Positions 6,909 to 16,550 of a stretch of 32,000 bases of DNA are shown in pieces (the stretch's first letter is position 1; the number at the start of each line of letters is the position of its first letter). Source of the stretch: Aeropyrum pernix K1. GTDB taxonomy: Archaea; Thermoproteota; Thermoprotei_A; Sulfolobales; Acidilobaceae. The notes under the pieces were generated by a model. It was not told where the DNA came from. It did not search any database and worked only from the letters and a program-made list of their open reading frames with translations. The DNA lies in NCBI RefSeq assembly GCF_000011125.1, contig NC_000854.2:1020001-1052000 (forward strand), in the 5' to 3' direction. The position numbers and the translations under genes were made by a program.

Positions 6909-9620
6909 TCAGTTGCCTCTACCATGCTCTCTGATAAGCTTCCTCAGGACGTACTGGAGTATGCCGCCGTGTTTGTAGTACTCTACCTCTATGGGCGTGT
7001 CCAGCCTTGCCTTGACCTTAAACTCTATCACTCTTCCGTCGCTCTTCCTAGCCCTCACCGTCAGTATCTTCCCGGGGCTGAGGCCCTCCTCGATACCTAT
7101 TATATCGTACTCTTCACTACCGTCCAGCCCTAGCTTCTCTGCGTTCTCTCCGGGCATGAACTCTAGCGGTAGCACGCCCATGCCGACTAGATTGCTCCTG
7201 TGTATCCTCTCGTAGCTCTCGGCTATAACCGCCTTCACGCCGAGCAGGGCAGGCCCTTTCGCCGCCCAGTCCCTGCTGGAGCCCACGCCGTACTGCTTGC
7301 CGGCAAGCACTATGAGCGGTACGCCCATCTCTCTATACTTCATGGCGGCGTCGAACACGTGCATTACCTCCCCGGTGGGCCAGAATATTGTCCAGCCTCC
7401 CTCCCTGTCTGGCACCAGCTTGTTCCTGAATCTGGGGTTGTCGAAGGTGCACCTCATCATGACCTCGTGGTTGCCTCTTCTAGAGCCGCAGGTGTTTAGC
7501 TGTGAGGGTGGGACCCCCTGCTCTATCAGGTACTGGCCCGCCTTCGAGTCCGGGCTTATCCTTCCGGCCGGGCTTATATGGTCGGTGCTTGTCCTGTCAG
7601 GCGCCCAGACTAGAACCCTAGCACCCCTTATGTCCCTCGGAGGCTGCGGCTCTAGGGGCATGTTGTCGAAGTATGGGGGCTTTCTTATGTACGTGCTCTT
7701 CGGGTCCCAGCTGTAAAGCTCGCCCTCAGGGGCCTTCAGCTCCTCCCAGAACTTGTCCCCCTTGTCTATATCTTTATACTTCTCCACGAAAAGCTGTGGG
7801 TCTAGAGCCTTCTCTATTGCCTCCCTCACCTCCCGCTGGCTAGGCCATAGGTCTCTGAGGTATACAGGGTTGCCGTTGGGGTCGTAGCCCACAGGCTCCT
7901 TCTCGAAGTCTATATCCACCCTGCCAGCCAGGGCATAGGCCACAACCAGCGGTGGGCTAGCCAGGAAGTTGCCCCTGGCCAGCGGGTGTATCCTGCCAGA
8001 GAAGTTTCTGTTGCCGCTGAGCACCGTTGCAACCCAGAGGTCATGCTCTCTTATGGCCTCCTCAATCTCGGGCCTCAAGGGTCCGCTGTTTCCTATGCAG
8101 ACTGTGCAGCCGTAGCCTGTTATATGGAACCCCAGGGCCTCTAGGTATGGCATTAGGCCGAGCCGGTTCCAGTACTCAGGCACAACCCTGCTACCAGGGG
8201 CGTTGCTGGTCTTAACCCACGGCCGAGTTCTGAGTCCCTTCTTGACAGCATTCCTGGCCAGGAGGGCTGCCGCTATCATGACGCTGGGGTTGCTGGTGTT
8301 GGTACAGCTAGTTAGAGCGGCGTAGACGACGCTGCCGTCCGTCAGATGGACCTCCTCGTCACCGAGCTTGAGCTCCACTATAGCGGGTCCCCTGCCCTTC
8401 TTCTCCAGATACTCCATTATAATCTTCCTTACACGCTCCTTAGCCTCCCTCAGGGGTATCCTGTCCTCTGGATGGCTTGGGCCGCTTATGCTCGGCTCCA
8501 CGTCGGACAGGTCTATCTCTACAACATCGCTATACCTGGGCTCCGGATCCTCGAGGCTATACCAAAGCCCCGTCTCCTTGGTATACCTCTCGACAAGTTG
8601 GACCAGCCACTCTGGCCTCCCAGTACCCCTGAGATACTCTAGAGTTGCCTCGTCTACAGGGAAGAAGCCCATGGTGGCGCCGTACTCGGGGGCCATGTTG
8701 GCTATGGTGGCCCTGTCGGGCACGCTTAGCTTCTTCACACCCTCCCCGAAGTACTCCACGAACTTGCCGACCACATTCTTCTTCCTCAGCTTCTCCGTAA
8801 TGTAGAGAACAAGGTCCGTGGTGGTCACGCCCTCCCTCAGCTCGCCCACCAGCCTCACTCCTACGACCTCGGGGAGGAGCATGTAGTATGGCTGCCCGAG
8901 TATAACAGCCTCAGCCTCTATACCACCCACACCCCAGCCGAAGACTCCCAGACCGTTTATCATAGTGGTGTGGCTATCAGTCCCCAACAGGCTGTCTGGG
9001 TGTGCGTAGAGGGTCCCGTTCCTCCTGGAAAGCCACACGACCCTCGCAAGATACTCCAGGTTGACCTGATGTATAATCCCCTTTCCGGGCGGGACAACCC
9101 TGAAGTTCGAGAAGGCCTTCTGAGCCCACTTCAGCAGCTGATACCTCTCCCTGTTTCTTTCATACTCCCTCTTCAAGTTGAGCCTGAACGCCTCGGCGGT
9201 GCCATAGTAGTCCACCTGTATGCTGTGGTCGATGATCAGGTCGACGGGTATCAGGGGGTTGACCTTGGACGGGTCGCCTCCGAACTGCTTCATAGCATCC
9301 CTCATAGCCGCTAAGTCGACCACAGCTGGAACTCCCGTGAAGTCCTGCATTACAACCCTCACGGGGTGGAACGGCACGTCCTTACGCCCGGCGTACTCGC
9401 TCCACCTCGCTACAGCCTCCACATCCTCATCTCTAACCACGAAGCCGTCGTAGTGCCTGACAACATTCTCTAGGAGAACCCTGATGGAGTAGGGTAGCGA
9501 GTTGAAGTCTGAGGGTATCACGCGGTCAATCTTGTTTATCAACAGTATCCTAGCCCTGCCCTCAGGAGTCTCCAGCTCAGCCTCGATAGGCTTGAAATCG
9601 AAGCCTCCACCACTAGCCAA
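6909..9620 (-). CDS. acnA: Aconitate hydratase (AcnA/IRP-type)
   Basis: 903-aa ORF with VILQDFTG-like (VVMQDFTGVPAVVDLAAMRDAM), GTDSHTTMINGLGVFGWGVGGIEAEAVILGQPYYM, TSCTNTSNPSVMIAAALLARNA, GCTVCIGNSGPL, GNRNFSGRIHP and GSSRDWAAKGP. TTG start. Confidence 0.98.
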   Translation of the reverse strand: MASGGGFDFKPIEAELETPEGRARILLINKIDRVIPSDFNSLPYSIRVLLENVVRHYDGFVVRDEDVEAVARWSEYAGRKDVPFHPVRVVMQDFTGVPAVVDLAAMRDAMKQFGGDPSKVNPLIPVDLIIDHSIQVDYYGTAEAFRLNLKREYERNRERYQLLKWAQKAFSNFRVVPPGKGIIHQVNLEYLARVVWLSRRNGTLYAHPDSLLGTDSHTTMINGLGVFGWGVGGIEAEAVILGQPYYMLLPEVVGVRLVGELREGVTTTDLVLYITEKLRKKNVVGKFVEYFGEGVKKLSVPDRATIANMAPEYGATMGFFPVDEATLEYLRGTGRPEWLVQLVERYTKETGLWYSLEDPEPRYSDVVEIDLSDVEPSISGPSHPEDRIPLREAKERVRKIIMEYLEKKGRGPAIVELKLGDEEVHLTDGSVVYAALTSCTNTSNPSVMIAAALLARNAVKKGLRTRPWVKTSNAPGSRVVPEYWNRLGLMPYLEALGFHITGYGCTVCIGNSGPLRPEIEEAIREHDLWVATVLSGNRNFSGRIHPLARGNFLASPPLVVAYALAGRVDIDFEKEPVGYDPNGNPVYLRDLWPSQREVREAIEKALDPQLFVEKYKDIDKGDKFWEELKAPEGELYSWDPKSTYIRKPPYFDNMPLEPQPPRDIRGARVLVWAPDRTSTDHISPAGRISPDSKAGQYLIEQGVPPSQLNTCGSRRGNHEVMMRCTFDNPRFRNKLVPDREGGWTIFWPTGEVMHVFDAAMKYREMGVPLIVLAGKQYGVGSSRDWAAKGPALLGVKAVIAESYERIHRSNLVGMGVLPLEFMPGENAEKLGLDGSEEYDIIGIEEGLSPGKILTVRARKSDGRVIEFKVKARLDTPIEVEYYKHGGILQYVLRKLIREHGRGN

Positions 9621-9675
9621 TTCGCTTCAGCACCCCCTACCTAATCCTCATTCTATATCTGGAAGAGTATTAGCC

Positions 9676-10845
9676 TTACACTCCAGGGAGTCTGCCGGAA
9701 GCTAGGCGCTTGTATGCGGAGGCGGATGAATGGTAGAGCACCTTCACTAGCGACAGGGGGGCCTCTAAACCACCGCCCCTCAGGGCTGCAGCAGCCAGCC
9801 TTTGAGAGGATAAGGCTCCCACCTGCGAAAGGGTGGATATAACGAGCTGGTGGTGAGTGTCGTAGTCTAGCCTAAGCCTTAGAGGGGCGCCTCCTACAGC
9901 CCGTGAGATGGTCTCCAGAACCCTCGTCCCATAGACTAGCCGTGCTACGGCGTGCTGGGCGCGGAGTTCATGTGACACTATCGAGAGCGACTTCTCCAAG
10001 GCTTCACCCACGTCTAATCCACGCTTTATGAGGCTTGCAGCTAGTTTCGCAGCTTTTGCGTTAGGGTAGAGTCCACCGCCGCTCAGCGGCTTTACCAGCC
10101 CACCAGCATCGCCGACCACATAGACCCTCCCCCTCCGCAGCCGCTCAGCGGGCGGGCCAGCGGGTATTCTGCCTCCATAGACCTTGAATGCCCTGGGCTT
10201 CAAAACTTCGAAGAATCTCTTGACGCCTGCTAGGGTTCCCATTGCTCCAGCTACGGAAACGCTTCCCACAGTGGGCACGTCCCAGGTGAAAGCTAATCCT
10301 CTATCGAGGATGAAGTCGACCAGTATTGTGCTTTCCCTCTTTCCAGGCACAAGTATGTTGAGCCCGTAGTAGTAGTCTCCCCTGTAGCCGAGGTCGAGCA
10401 TCCTATGAAGCTCACCGTGAGCACCATCGGCAAGTATAACCGCGTCGTATCGGGCCTCCGAGCCTCCAGCCTTGACAGACCCCTCTATGCCGACGCTGTG
10501 AACTCTCTTGCCGAGTTGAGCCCTCCCCCCCAGAGACATCAGTGACTCCAGGAGTAGTTCTTCAAGCCTAACCCTGTCGAGCCTGTAAACAGTACCTACG
10601 TCAAGAACCGCAAGAGTCTCTCCCCGAAAACGGATCTCCAGGCTGTCATAAGAGTCTATTATGGTCTCGCGAGCCTCCCTACCAATGGTGTTAACAGTCC
10701 TTTCTGAAACTATGCCTGTACAATGCTCAGGCATGCCAACCCTTCCATGCTCCTCATAAAGATCCACTCTCAGCCCTGTCGAAGCCATCTCCCTCGCGAA
10801 TATCAGCCCTGCGAAACCTCCCCCTACAACAGCTACCCTAACCAA
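9676..10845 (-). CDS. Geranylgeranyl reductase family FAD-dependent oxidoreductase (archaeal lipid saturation family)
   Basis: 389-aa ORF; N-terminal VAVVGGGFAGLIFAREMASTGLRVDLYEEHGRVGMPEHCTGIVS and internal VYVVGDAGGLVKPLSGGGLYPNAKAAKLAA. Confidence 0.88.
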   Translation of the reverse strand: MVRVAVVGGGFAGLIFAREMASTGLRVDLYEEHGRVGMPEHCTGIVSERTVNTIGREARETIIDSYDSLEIRFRGETLAVLDVGTVYRLDRVRLEELLLESLMSLGGRAQLGKRVHSVGIEGSVKAGGSEARYDAVILADGAHGELHRMLDLGYRGDYYYGLNILVPGKRESTILVDFILDRGLAFTWDVPTVGSVSVAGAMGTLAGVKRFFEVLKPRAFKVYGGRIPAGPPAERLRRGRVYVVGDAGGLVKPLSGGGLYPNAKAAKLAASLIKRGLDVGEALEKSLSIVSHELRAQHAVARLVYGTRVLETISRAVGGAPLRLRLDYDTHHQLVISTLSQVGALSSQRLAAAALRGGGLEAPLSLVKVLYHSSASAYKRLASGRLPGV

Positions 10846-11071
10846 GGCAGGCCACTCCTTCTAAAATCCAGAAGACTATTATGGAGACGGTATAACCTGG
10901 GATTTAACCTTGTTCGTCCAGCCCATTATACTATACCAATATCAACAGTAAAGCATCAAGACTATAATGCGCCTTAGAAATAGCCAGGGGATTGTTTTGG
11001 GAACATGTTGTTCTAGAGCCAGTGTAAATGATATAAAAACCTACAACACTTTGCAATTTTAGGCTCCAGGA

Positions 11072-12718
11072 TTAGGGCGGGACGGGCCCTACAGGCACCA
11101 GCCCTCTAGCGAAGATTTCGTAAAGCGGGCCTATATAGCCTAGAATGGCCAGGGCTATAGTCACTACTATCCAGAACCTAACCTCCTCTAGAATGTACTT
11201 GCCGTTCTCTATCCTACCCGGCGTCGTCTCGTCGAAAGCTAGCACCCTCTCACCCTGGGGGACGCTAACCTTCTTCCCGAAGAGCAGGGTAGCAGCTATC
11301 AAGCCTACAAGAATCACGCCTGCAATCCAGAACACCATGCCGCCAATGGCGCCGAGCTGCAGCCAGGGGATCCACTCTGTTGGCGCCAGACCACCGTACA
11401 GCAGCTCCGAGGTCCTGCGAGGCGCCCCCATTACGCCCGCCACATAGTAGCCTATGCTAAAGAGGTACTGTCCCACAGTCCACATGTAGAATGCAGCCAC
11501 AGCCAACCATGGAGCAATCACCTCCCTCTTCATCATCTCCCTTGCCAGCAGGAGCATGGCGGCCATGAATGTGAGGGCTGACGCGCCCCCCACCGTAGTG
11601 TGGAAGTGGCCGACAATCCATGTGGTGTTATGAACAACCGTGTTCAGCTGGAAGCTAGCATTTATAATGCCCGTTATACCGCCGTTTGCGAAGAGTATTA
11701 TCGGGAGCATCAGCCCTGAGAAAGCTAGGCTACCCCAGGGGAGCTTGAAGACCCAGCCCACCAGGCCCCTGCCGCCTCTCATCCTGCCCGCTCTCTCGAG
11801 CGTCGCCAGTATGTTGAAGGCGGTTAGCATGCTGGGTGTGGCCACCACGAACGTGACCAGCGTGTGGACTAGCTTGAAGAACGGGCCTATACCTGGGTCG
11901 ACAAACTGGTGGTGGAGGCCTACGGGCGTGGAGGCTATCATGTACAGTATGTAAGCCACCTTAGCCATGGTCTCGCTGAATAGCGGCACACCCAGTATCC
12001 TGGGTATGGCGTAGTACCATAGTGCGACAGCCGGTAGTAGCCAGAAGTAGACGAGGGGGTGGCCGAACCACCAGAATAAAGTTCTAGCTAGGAGCACGTC
12101 GACCTCCATACCGAAGAGCGACATAGGGACTAGGAGCAGCAGGACCTCGAGAGCTACAGGAGGCGTTGCAACAAGCCATATAACCCAGGCGGTTAGGATG
12201 CCGTATGTTGCCACAGGAACTTTCAGATCGGGGTTCTCCCTCCTGAACTTTAGCACCAGGCGGAAGAGGTCGAACATGAACACCCAAGAGCCCACGATGA
12301 GGAGAGCAGCTCCTATGTAGAAGAGTGGGTTAGCCTTAAGGGGAGGGTAGAAGGTGTAGAGGACTTTAGCCTGCCCCGAGAGTATTGCTACCGCCGCTAG
12401 CACTGTGCCCAGGAGTGCCAGACCGAGGGAGAGGTTTAGAGCTAGCCTGCTGAAGTTGGTCTTCAGCTCCCTCGACACTATAAACGCCGAGATGCCCATT
12501 ATGAAGAATGTGGTAAACACGATGGCAAGAACCACGCCGTGCCCCGTCAGAGCAGTGTAGTAGGTCGAGTCGCTGACCGGGTCGGGAAAGTTCGGAGTCC
12601 TCTTGAACAGCTGGAGTATGCCGAAGAGACCCCCCAATGGGAGCATTAGGAAGGCTACAAGCATAGTTACCTTGGTAAACCTGTCTTCAGCACTGAAAGA
12701 GACCTTACCTCCAGACAT
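11072..12718 (-). CDS. Heme-copper oxidase subunit I, B-type (ba3-like)
   Basis: 548-aa polytopic ORF; motifs LTGHGVVLAIVFTTFF, WWFGHPLVYFWLLPAVALWYY, HHQFVDPGIGPFFKLVHTLVTFVVATPSMLTAFNILATLERAGR and WIVGHFHTTVGGASALT. Confidence 0.95.
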   Translation of the reverse strand: MSGGKVSFSAEDRFTKVTMLVAFLMLPLGGLFGILQLFKRTPNFPDPVSDSTYYTALTGHGVVLAIVFTTFFIMGISAFIVSRELKTNFSRLALNLSLGLALLGTVLAAVAILSGQAKVLYTFYPPLKANPLFYIGAALLIVGSWVFMFDLFRLVLKFRRENPDLKVPVATYGILTAWVIWLVATPPVALEVLLLLVPMSLFGMEVDVLLARTLFWWFGHPLVYFWLLPAVALWYYAIPRILGVPLFSETMAKVAYILYMIASTPVGLHHQFVDPGIGPFFKLVHTLVTFVVATPSMLTAFNILATLERAGRMRGGRGLVGWVFKLPWGSLAFSGLMLPIILFANGGITGIINASFQLNTVVHNTTWIVGHFHTTVGGASALTFMAAMLLLAREMMKREVIAPWLAVAAFYMWTVGQYLFSIGYYVAGVMGAPRRTSELLYGGLAPTEWIPWLQLGAIGGMVFWIAGVILVGLIAATLLFGKKVSVPQGERVLAFDETTPGRIENGKYILEEVRFWIVVTIALAILGYIGPLYEIFARGLVPVGPVPP

Positions 12719-12825
12719 TAAATCACCCCAAGCTTCAGACTATTAGCCCCCCTTTCCTCCTAGAAGGAGATTCTTTTGATAGGATAAAATATAGGGTTGT
12801 AGGTAGTGGGGGTTCGAATTTGCAG

Positions 12826-12857
12826 TATAAAATAAATATTTATAATTTATAATATTA
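12826..12857. other. 32-nt G/C-free island containing the palindrome ATAAATATTTAT (12832-12843)
   Basis: Direct reading: tataaaataaatatttataatttataatatta, in an otherwise GC-rich window. Confidence 0.85.
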
Positions 12858-12892
12858 CGCTAGAGGCGAGACCTGATGATTCTGTTAGAGCT

Positions 12893-13222
12893 TCAGCTAG
12901 CCTCTCCCTTCTTCAGCATCATATAGCCTCCTATTATAGCTAGTATTGAAAGCACGCAGGGGGCAAGCAGGCCCAGCACGCCTCCTGCTATAACGTATTG
13001 GCCGTTCTCCTCCCTTGCAAAGTATGCCGCGGCGACGCCGCCTATGATACCCACTACCCCTAGAAGCCTGACTATGCTGCCAGATATAATGGGTTCCTCG
13101 ATAACCCCAGCCGCCTCTAGTAGATGGCTTCCCAGGGGTACTGCTGTGGCAAGGCTTACAAGCCCTGCTATTATTGCGAAGATGCCACCTAGGTATGCCA
13201 GTATCTTGGGGGTCTCTGCCAT
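12893..13222 (-). CDS. Small integral membrane protein (about 3 TM), function unknown
   Basis: 109-aa ORF MAETPKILAYLGGIFAIIAGLVSLATAVPLGSHLL...; hydrophobic throughout; TATA-like tract (13236-13250) centred about 21-27 nt upstream of the ATG. Confidence 0.8.
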   Translation of the reverse strand: MAETPKILAYLGGIFAIIAGLVSLATAVPLGSHLLEAAGVIEEPIISGSIVRLLGVVGIIGGVAAAYFAREENGQYVIAGGVLGLLAPCVLSILAIIGGYMMLKKGEAS

Positions 13223-13309
13223 AGTCCCACCCGAAATTATAATATTATATCGATTTTGAACCTATTAAAAATTCAATTATAGAAATGTTCTCCAAAATAT
13301 TTATGGACT

Positions 13310-14011
13310 TCATGGGAGAGGCCCGCCTAAAATTGCCGAAGCCCTCTTAACAGCTCGCTCCATCAGCTCGTCTCCAGATCCCTCCCACGCCAGTATAAAG
13401 TTCTCCAGATCCCTCCTAGCCTCGGCCACCAGCCTACTCTCATGCTCCCTGTCCAGGGGCTTCTCCGCCTGCAACTTTTCACCGCCCTCCATAAACCCCT
13501 CCGGGTAATACCAGGTTTTGAACCACCGGAACCCCCTTTTCCACAGCTCGAAGCCTAGCCTCGAAGCTGGAGCGGGGGCTCCGCGCTGGATCTGATAGAG
13601 CGTCTCACGATCCCACACGTACTCGACATAGAGGGGTTCCGCGGGGCCTAAAGCATCGGCGGCTAAGTCGAGAAGGGCAGCCTCCACGGGGGAGCCCGCG
13701 GTCGGCATGTCAGTCTCAACCGGTAGACTTGGTGACACGTTGAAAATCTCTATCCACGGCCTGTATACCCCACGGCCGCAAAACACCAGAGAGTTACAAA
13801 GCTCCACCAGCTTCTCTCCGGCCCTTTCGAGCCTAACGGCCAGAAAGAACTCGCCAGAAAACCTTCCCTGCGAGATAGACGCAGACAGCCTTACAGACCC
13901 TATCCCGGGACCCATATCCACGTTAACGCCCGAGGAGAGGGTTTTCAGGAGCTTGGTTATACCGGGAGAACACCAACTGGGAGCCGCAGGCTGCGGTGTG
14001 TCCTGACCCAT
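13310..14011 (-). CDS. Archaeal protein of unknown function, possibly DUF1122 family
   Basis: 233-aa ORF; EPLYVEYVWDRETLYQIQRGAPAPASRLGFELWKRGFRWFKTWYYPEGFMEGGEKLQAEKP. Family recalled from memory. Confidence 0.65.
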   Translation of the reverse strand: MGQDTPQPAAPSWCSPGITKLLKTLSSGVNVDMGPGIGSVRLSASISQGRFSGEFFLAVRLERAGEKLVELCNSLVFCGRGVYRPWIEIFNVSPSLPVETDMPTAGSPVEAALLDLAADALGPAEPLYVEYVWDRETLYQIQRGAPAPASRLGFELWKRGFRWFKTWYYPEGFMEGGEKLQAEKPLDREHESRLVAEARRDLENFILAWEGSGDELMERAVKRASAILGGPLP

Positions 14012-14156
14012 AGAAGCTAACCCAGAATGGGTTCCAGTGGAATTCTAGCACCCTTAAAGCAGCATCTAAATCGTTGGGAAGAGGAAACGGATTTTGCTCC
14101 CAGACGTGGAAAATCCCTTGAGATTGTGCCGGATTAGTTACCGATCCTTGGATCCT

Positions 14157-14462
14157 CTAGTCGATTATTGTTATGTTCTCCTCGGGGAACCCCAGCTCGA
14201 CCAGTATCTTCTTAACCCTGTGTCTATGGTCGCCCTGAAGCTCTATACGCCCGTTCTTTGCTGTTCCTCCTGTGGCGAGCCTGCTCTTGAGAGTGGAAGC
14301 CAGTTTTTTCAGGTTGAACTCCTTCTCGTTAATTCCTTCTATGATGGTTACCTCCCTACCGAACCTTCTCTTCTCAAGCCTTATCTTTATTATCTGCTCT
14401 TCCACAGAAAGCTGCTCACAGATCTCCGGGGGCAGACCTCCACATAGTGACTCGTCCATCAT
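14157..14462 (-). CDS. sui1: Translation initiation factor SUI1/eIF1 family
   Basis: 101-aa ORF; [60 protein letters not shown]. Confidence 0.96.
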   Translation of the reverse strand: MMDESLCGGLPPEICEQLSVEEQIIKIRLEKRRFGREVTIIEGINEKEFNLKKLASTLKSRLATGGTAKNGRIELQGDHRHRVKKILVELGFPEENITIID

Positions 14463-14487
14463 GGCCTTGCTGACCCGCCTCCAATTG

Positions 14488-14499
14488 CGTTATATAGTG
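14488..14499 (-). promoter_or_regulatory. TATA box for sui1, implying a leaderless or near-leaderless transcript
   Basis: Minus strand CACTATATAACG about 30 nt upstream of the ATG at 14462. Confidence 0.55.
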
Positions 14500-14611
14500 C
14501 TCACATAGAGGCTTAAAGCGTTTACTAGCACCTAGCAGCCTGGGAAAGCGGTTAGCGGCGGTATCCCGCGCCTTTTTAAGGCTTTAATAGGGCCTGGACT
14601 TCTAAAGCCTC

Positions 14612-14848
14612 ATGGGGTTGTGTGCGGTGGCAGAGGATATCTGGGGTATCGAGGAAGAGCTTGTTGAGGAGGAGCCGCGTAAGGGGCAGGTTGTCTACGT
14701 TTGTATACGCTGCGGAGCCCAGTACACTATAGACGAGCTAATTCAGGCGGGGCTAGGCTATGTCTGCCAGAGATGCAGCAGCAGAATCTTCATAAAGCCA
14801 CGGGGGTCCGGGGGAAGGGTTAAGCCTAAGAGAGTCTACGCAGTTTAA
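14612..14848 (+). CDS. rpoP: DNA-directed RNA polymerase subunit P (Rpo12), zinc-ribbon
   Basis: 78-aa ORF; VVYVCIRCGAQYTIDELIQAGLGYVCQRCSSRIFIKPR (CxxC...CxxC). The start may be a downstream GTG. Confidence 0.93.
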   Translation: MGLCAVAEDIWGIEEELVEEEPRKGQVVYVCIRCGAQYTIDELIQAGLGYVCQRCSSRIFIKPRGSGGRVKPKRVYAV

Positions 14849-15047
14849 CATCCTCGGGAAACTCTTAAACATTTAATAAACTTTGAGCCTGTCCTCCTTG
14901 CATGCTATCCATCCGAACAGTTTCCATACAAAGTTTGGCTCTCAGTACTTACCGATAATAACATCATTAATTTAAAGTTTCACCGGCAATCTAACGTAAC
15001 TTGAGCAATCCAACCCCCTTGTAGAGCAAGGCCCTAGAGGTGTACGT

Positions 15048-16484
15048 GTGATGTCTTCTAGGAGGTCTCTAAGGAGAGGAGAGGCTACCTCCAGGTACCT
15101 TCTAGTTGGGGCCGCCATTGTCGTCGTCATTATATTGCTGGCTCTCGGCTACTACTTCTACTCGCAGGGAGCCGCCGAGACTACTACAGGCCCGCTCACA
15201 GGCGAGGCTGGCGAGGGAGCGGAGACAACGCCTGAAACCACCACCTCACCCGCCGCTACCGAAACCCCTGGGGAGGTAACTCTCATATGGGCGAGCACAC
15301 AGCTAGTCCCGCCCACCGAGCAGCAGTTCGTCAAGGAGGAGCTGCTCCCCCCCTTCACTCAGGAGACTGGGATTAAGGTTGAGTTCATTGGCATGAGCTA
15401 TGGCGACTTGAATGTTAGGCTTCAGAGCGAGATGGAGAGCGGGAAGGTTACGATAAGCCTGATAGCCGACCTCCACGGAGGCCTAGACCTCTACGCCAGC
15501 AAGGGCTGGCTGGAGGACCTCAGCAAGTTCGGGGCCCTTGAGGGCAGAGAGTTCCCGCAGGTTCTAGAGGACTATAGCAGGCTATACGGCATAAAGGCCT
15601 ACGTCCCGTGGCTCACAGCCACGTACGTCTTTGTAGTCAATAAAGAGGCCTTCAAATACCTGCCTCCAGGCCTCAGCGAGGAGGACGTCATAACAGGCAG
15701 CGAGAAGTGGACTTACGACGCCCTGCTAGAGTGGGCTAAGAACATTGAGGCGGCCACAGGACAGAAGCCCCTAGGCTTCCCCGCAGGGCCTAAAGGGCTG
15801 TTCCACAGGTTCCTCCACGGCTACCTCTACCCAAGCTTCACCGGGGCCCAGGTTAAGAACTTCGACTCCCCCGAGGCCGTGCAGATGTGGAGTTACCTCA
15901 AAGAGCTGTGGAACTACGTGCACCCCCAGAGTACGGTATACGAGGCCATGGCAGCCCCACTCCTTAACGGTGAGGTCCTGATAGCCTGGGACCACACTGC
16001 AAGGATAAAGGACGCTATTGTCCAGAAGCCCGACGAGTTCGTGGTAGTCCCCGCCCCCGCAGGCCCCAAGGGCAGGGGCTATATCCTCGTCATAGTCGGC
16101 CTTGCCATCCCCAAGAACGCGCCCCACCAGGACGCCGCATGGAAGCTGATAGAGTACCTCACTAGGCCCGAGGTGCAGAGCCTCATACTAGAGAAGGTCG
16201 GCTTCTTCCCGGCTGTAAGCGGTGTCAGCGAGAAGCTGCCTGAAGGCCCACTCAAGGTCCTCGCGCAGGGAGTGGGCAACCAGCTGAACACGCCTGACTC
16301 GCTTGTGGCGTTGATACCGAGCCTTGGCGAGAAGGGAGGAGACTTCAGAAACACCTACCGTGAGGCGTTCAAAGCTATAGTCCTAGAAGGTAAAGACCCG
16401 CAGCAAGTGCTACCGGAGCTAAAGCAGTACCTGCTAAGCCTGTTCCAGGCGACCGGGGCTAGCCTACCTCCGCCGGACGAATAG
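15048..16484 (+). CDS. ABC transporter extracellular solute-binding protein (sugar-type, family 1)
   Basis: 478-aa ORF; N-terminal TM anchor YLLVGAAIVVVIILLALGYYF, Thr/Pro/Glu-rich linker, then VTLIWASTQLVPPTEQQFVKEELLPPFTQETGIKVEFIGMSYGDLNVRLQSEMESG; followed by permease and ATPase genes. Confidence 0.93.
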   Translation: MMSSRRSLRRGEATSRYLLVGAAIVVVIILLALGYYFYSQGAAETTTGPLTGEAGEGAETTPETTTSPAATETPGEVTLIWASTQLVPPTEQQFVKEELLPPFTQETGIKVEFIGMSYGDLNVRLQSEMESGKVTISLIADLHGGLDLYASKGWLEDLSKFGALEGREFPQVLEDYSRLYGIKAYVPWLTATYVFVVNKEAFKYLPPGLSEEDVITGSEKWTYDALLEWAKNIEAATGQKPLGFPAGPKGLFHRFLHGYLYPSFTGAQVKNFDSPEAVQMWSYLKELWNYVHPQSTVYEAMAAPLLNGEVLIAWDHTARIKDAIVQKPDEFVVVPAPAGPKGRGYILVIVGLAIPKNAPHQDAAWKLIEYLTRPEVQSLILEKVGFFPAVSGVSEKLPEGPLKVLAQGVGNQLNTPDSLVALIPSLGEKGGDFRNTYREAFKAIVLEGKDPQQVLPELKQYLLSLFQATGASLPPPDE

Positions 16485-16539
16485 CCTGCCACCATAATAT
16501 CCAGCCTAGAACTACTCACTCCATTATAAAGCTCCTCCT

Positions 16540-16550
16540 CTTTTTTCCTT
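16540..16550 (+). terminator. T-rich tract after the solute-binding protein gene, possible partial transcription terminator
   Basis: ctttttttcc-like tract (cttttttcctt) in the intergenic gap before the permease genes. Confidence 0.3.

Noticed and set aside
6991-9453. Several plus-strand ORFs of 60-145 aa opposite acnA
   Set aside because: Shadow ORFs with skewed composition; the aconitase frame is continuous with all its motifs.
11029-11043. Plus-strand TATA-like gatataaaaac downstream of the oxidase gene, possible antisense ncRNA promoter
   Set aside because: No downstream feature or structure supports a transcript, and AT tracts like this occur by chance in intergenic DNA.
14094-14447. 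117-aa plus-strand ORF opposite sui1
   Set aside because: It lies almost entirely antisense to the unmistakable SUI1 frame and has unnatural Leu/Ser/Tyr-rich composition.
14540-14570. Possible hairpin or small RNA in the sui1/rpoP divergent gap (tgggaaagcggttagcggcggtatccc)
   Set aside because: Only a four-base outer stem, with no convincing C/D or H/ACA boxes; more likely promoter spacing.
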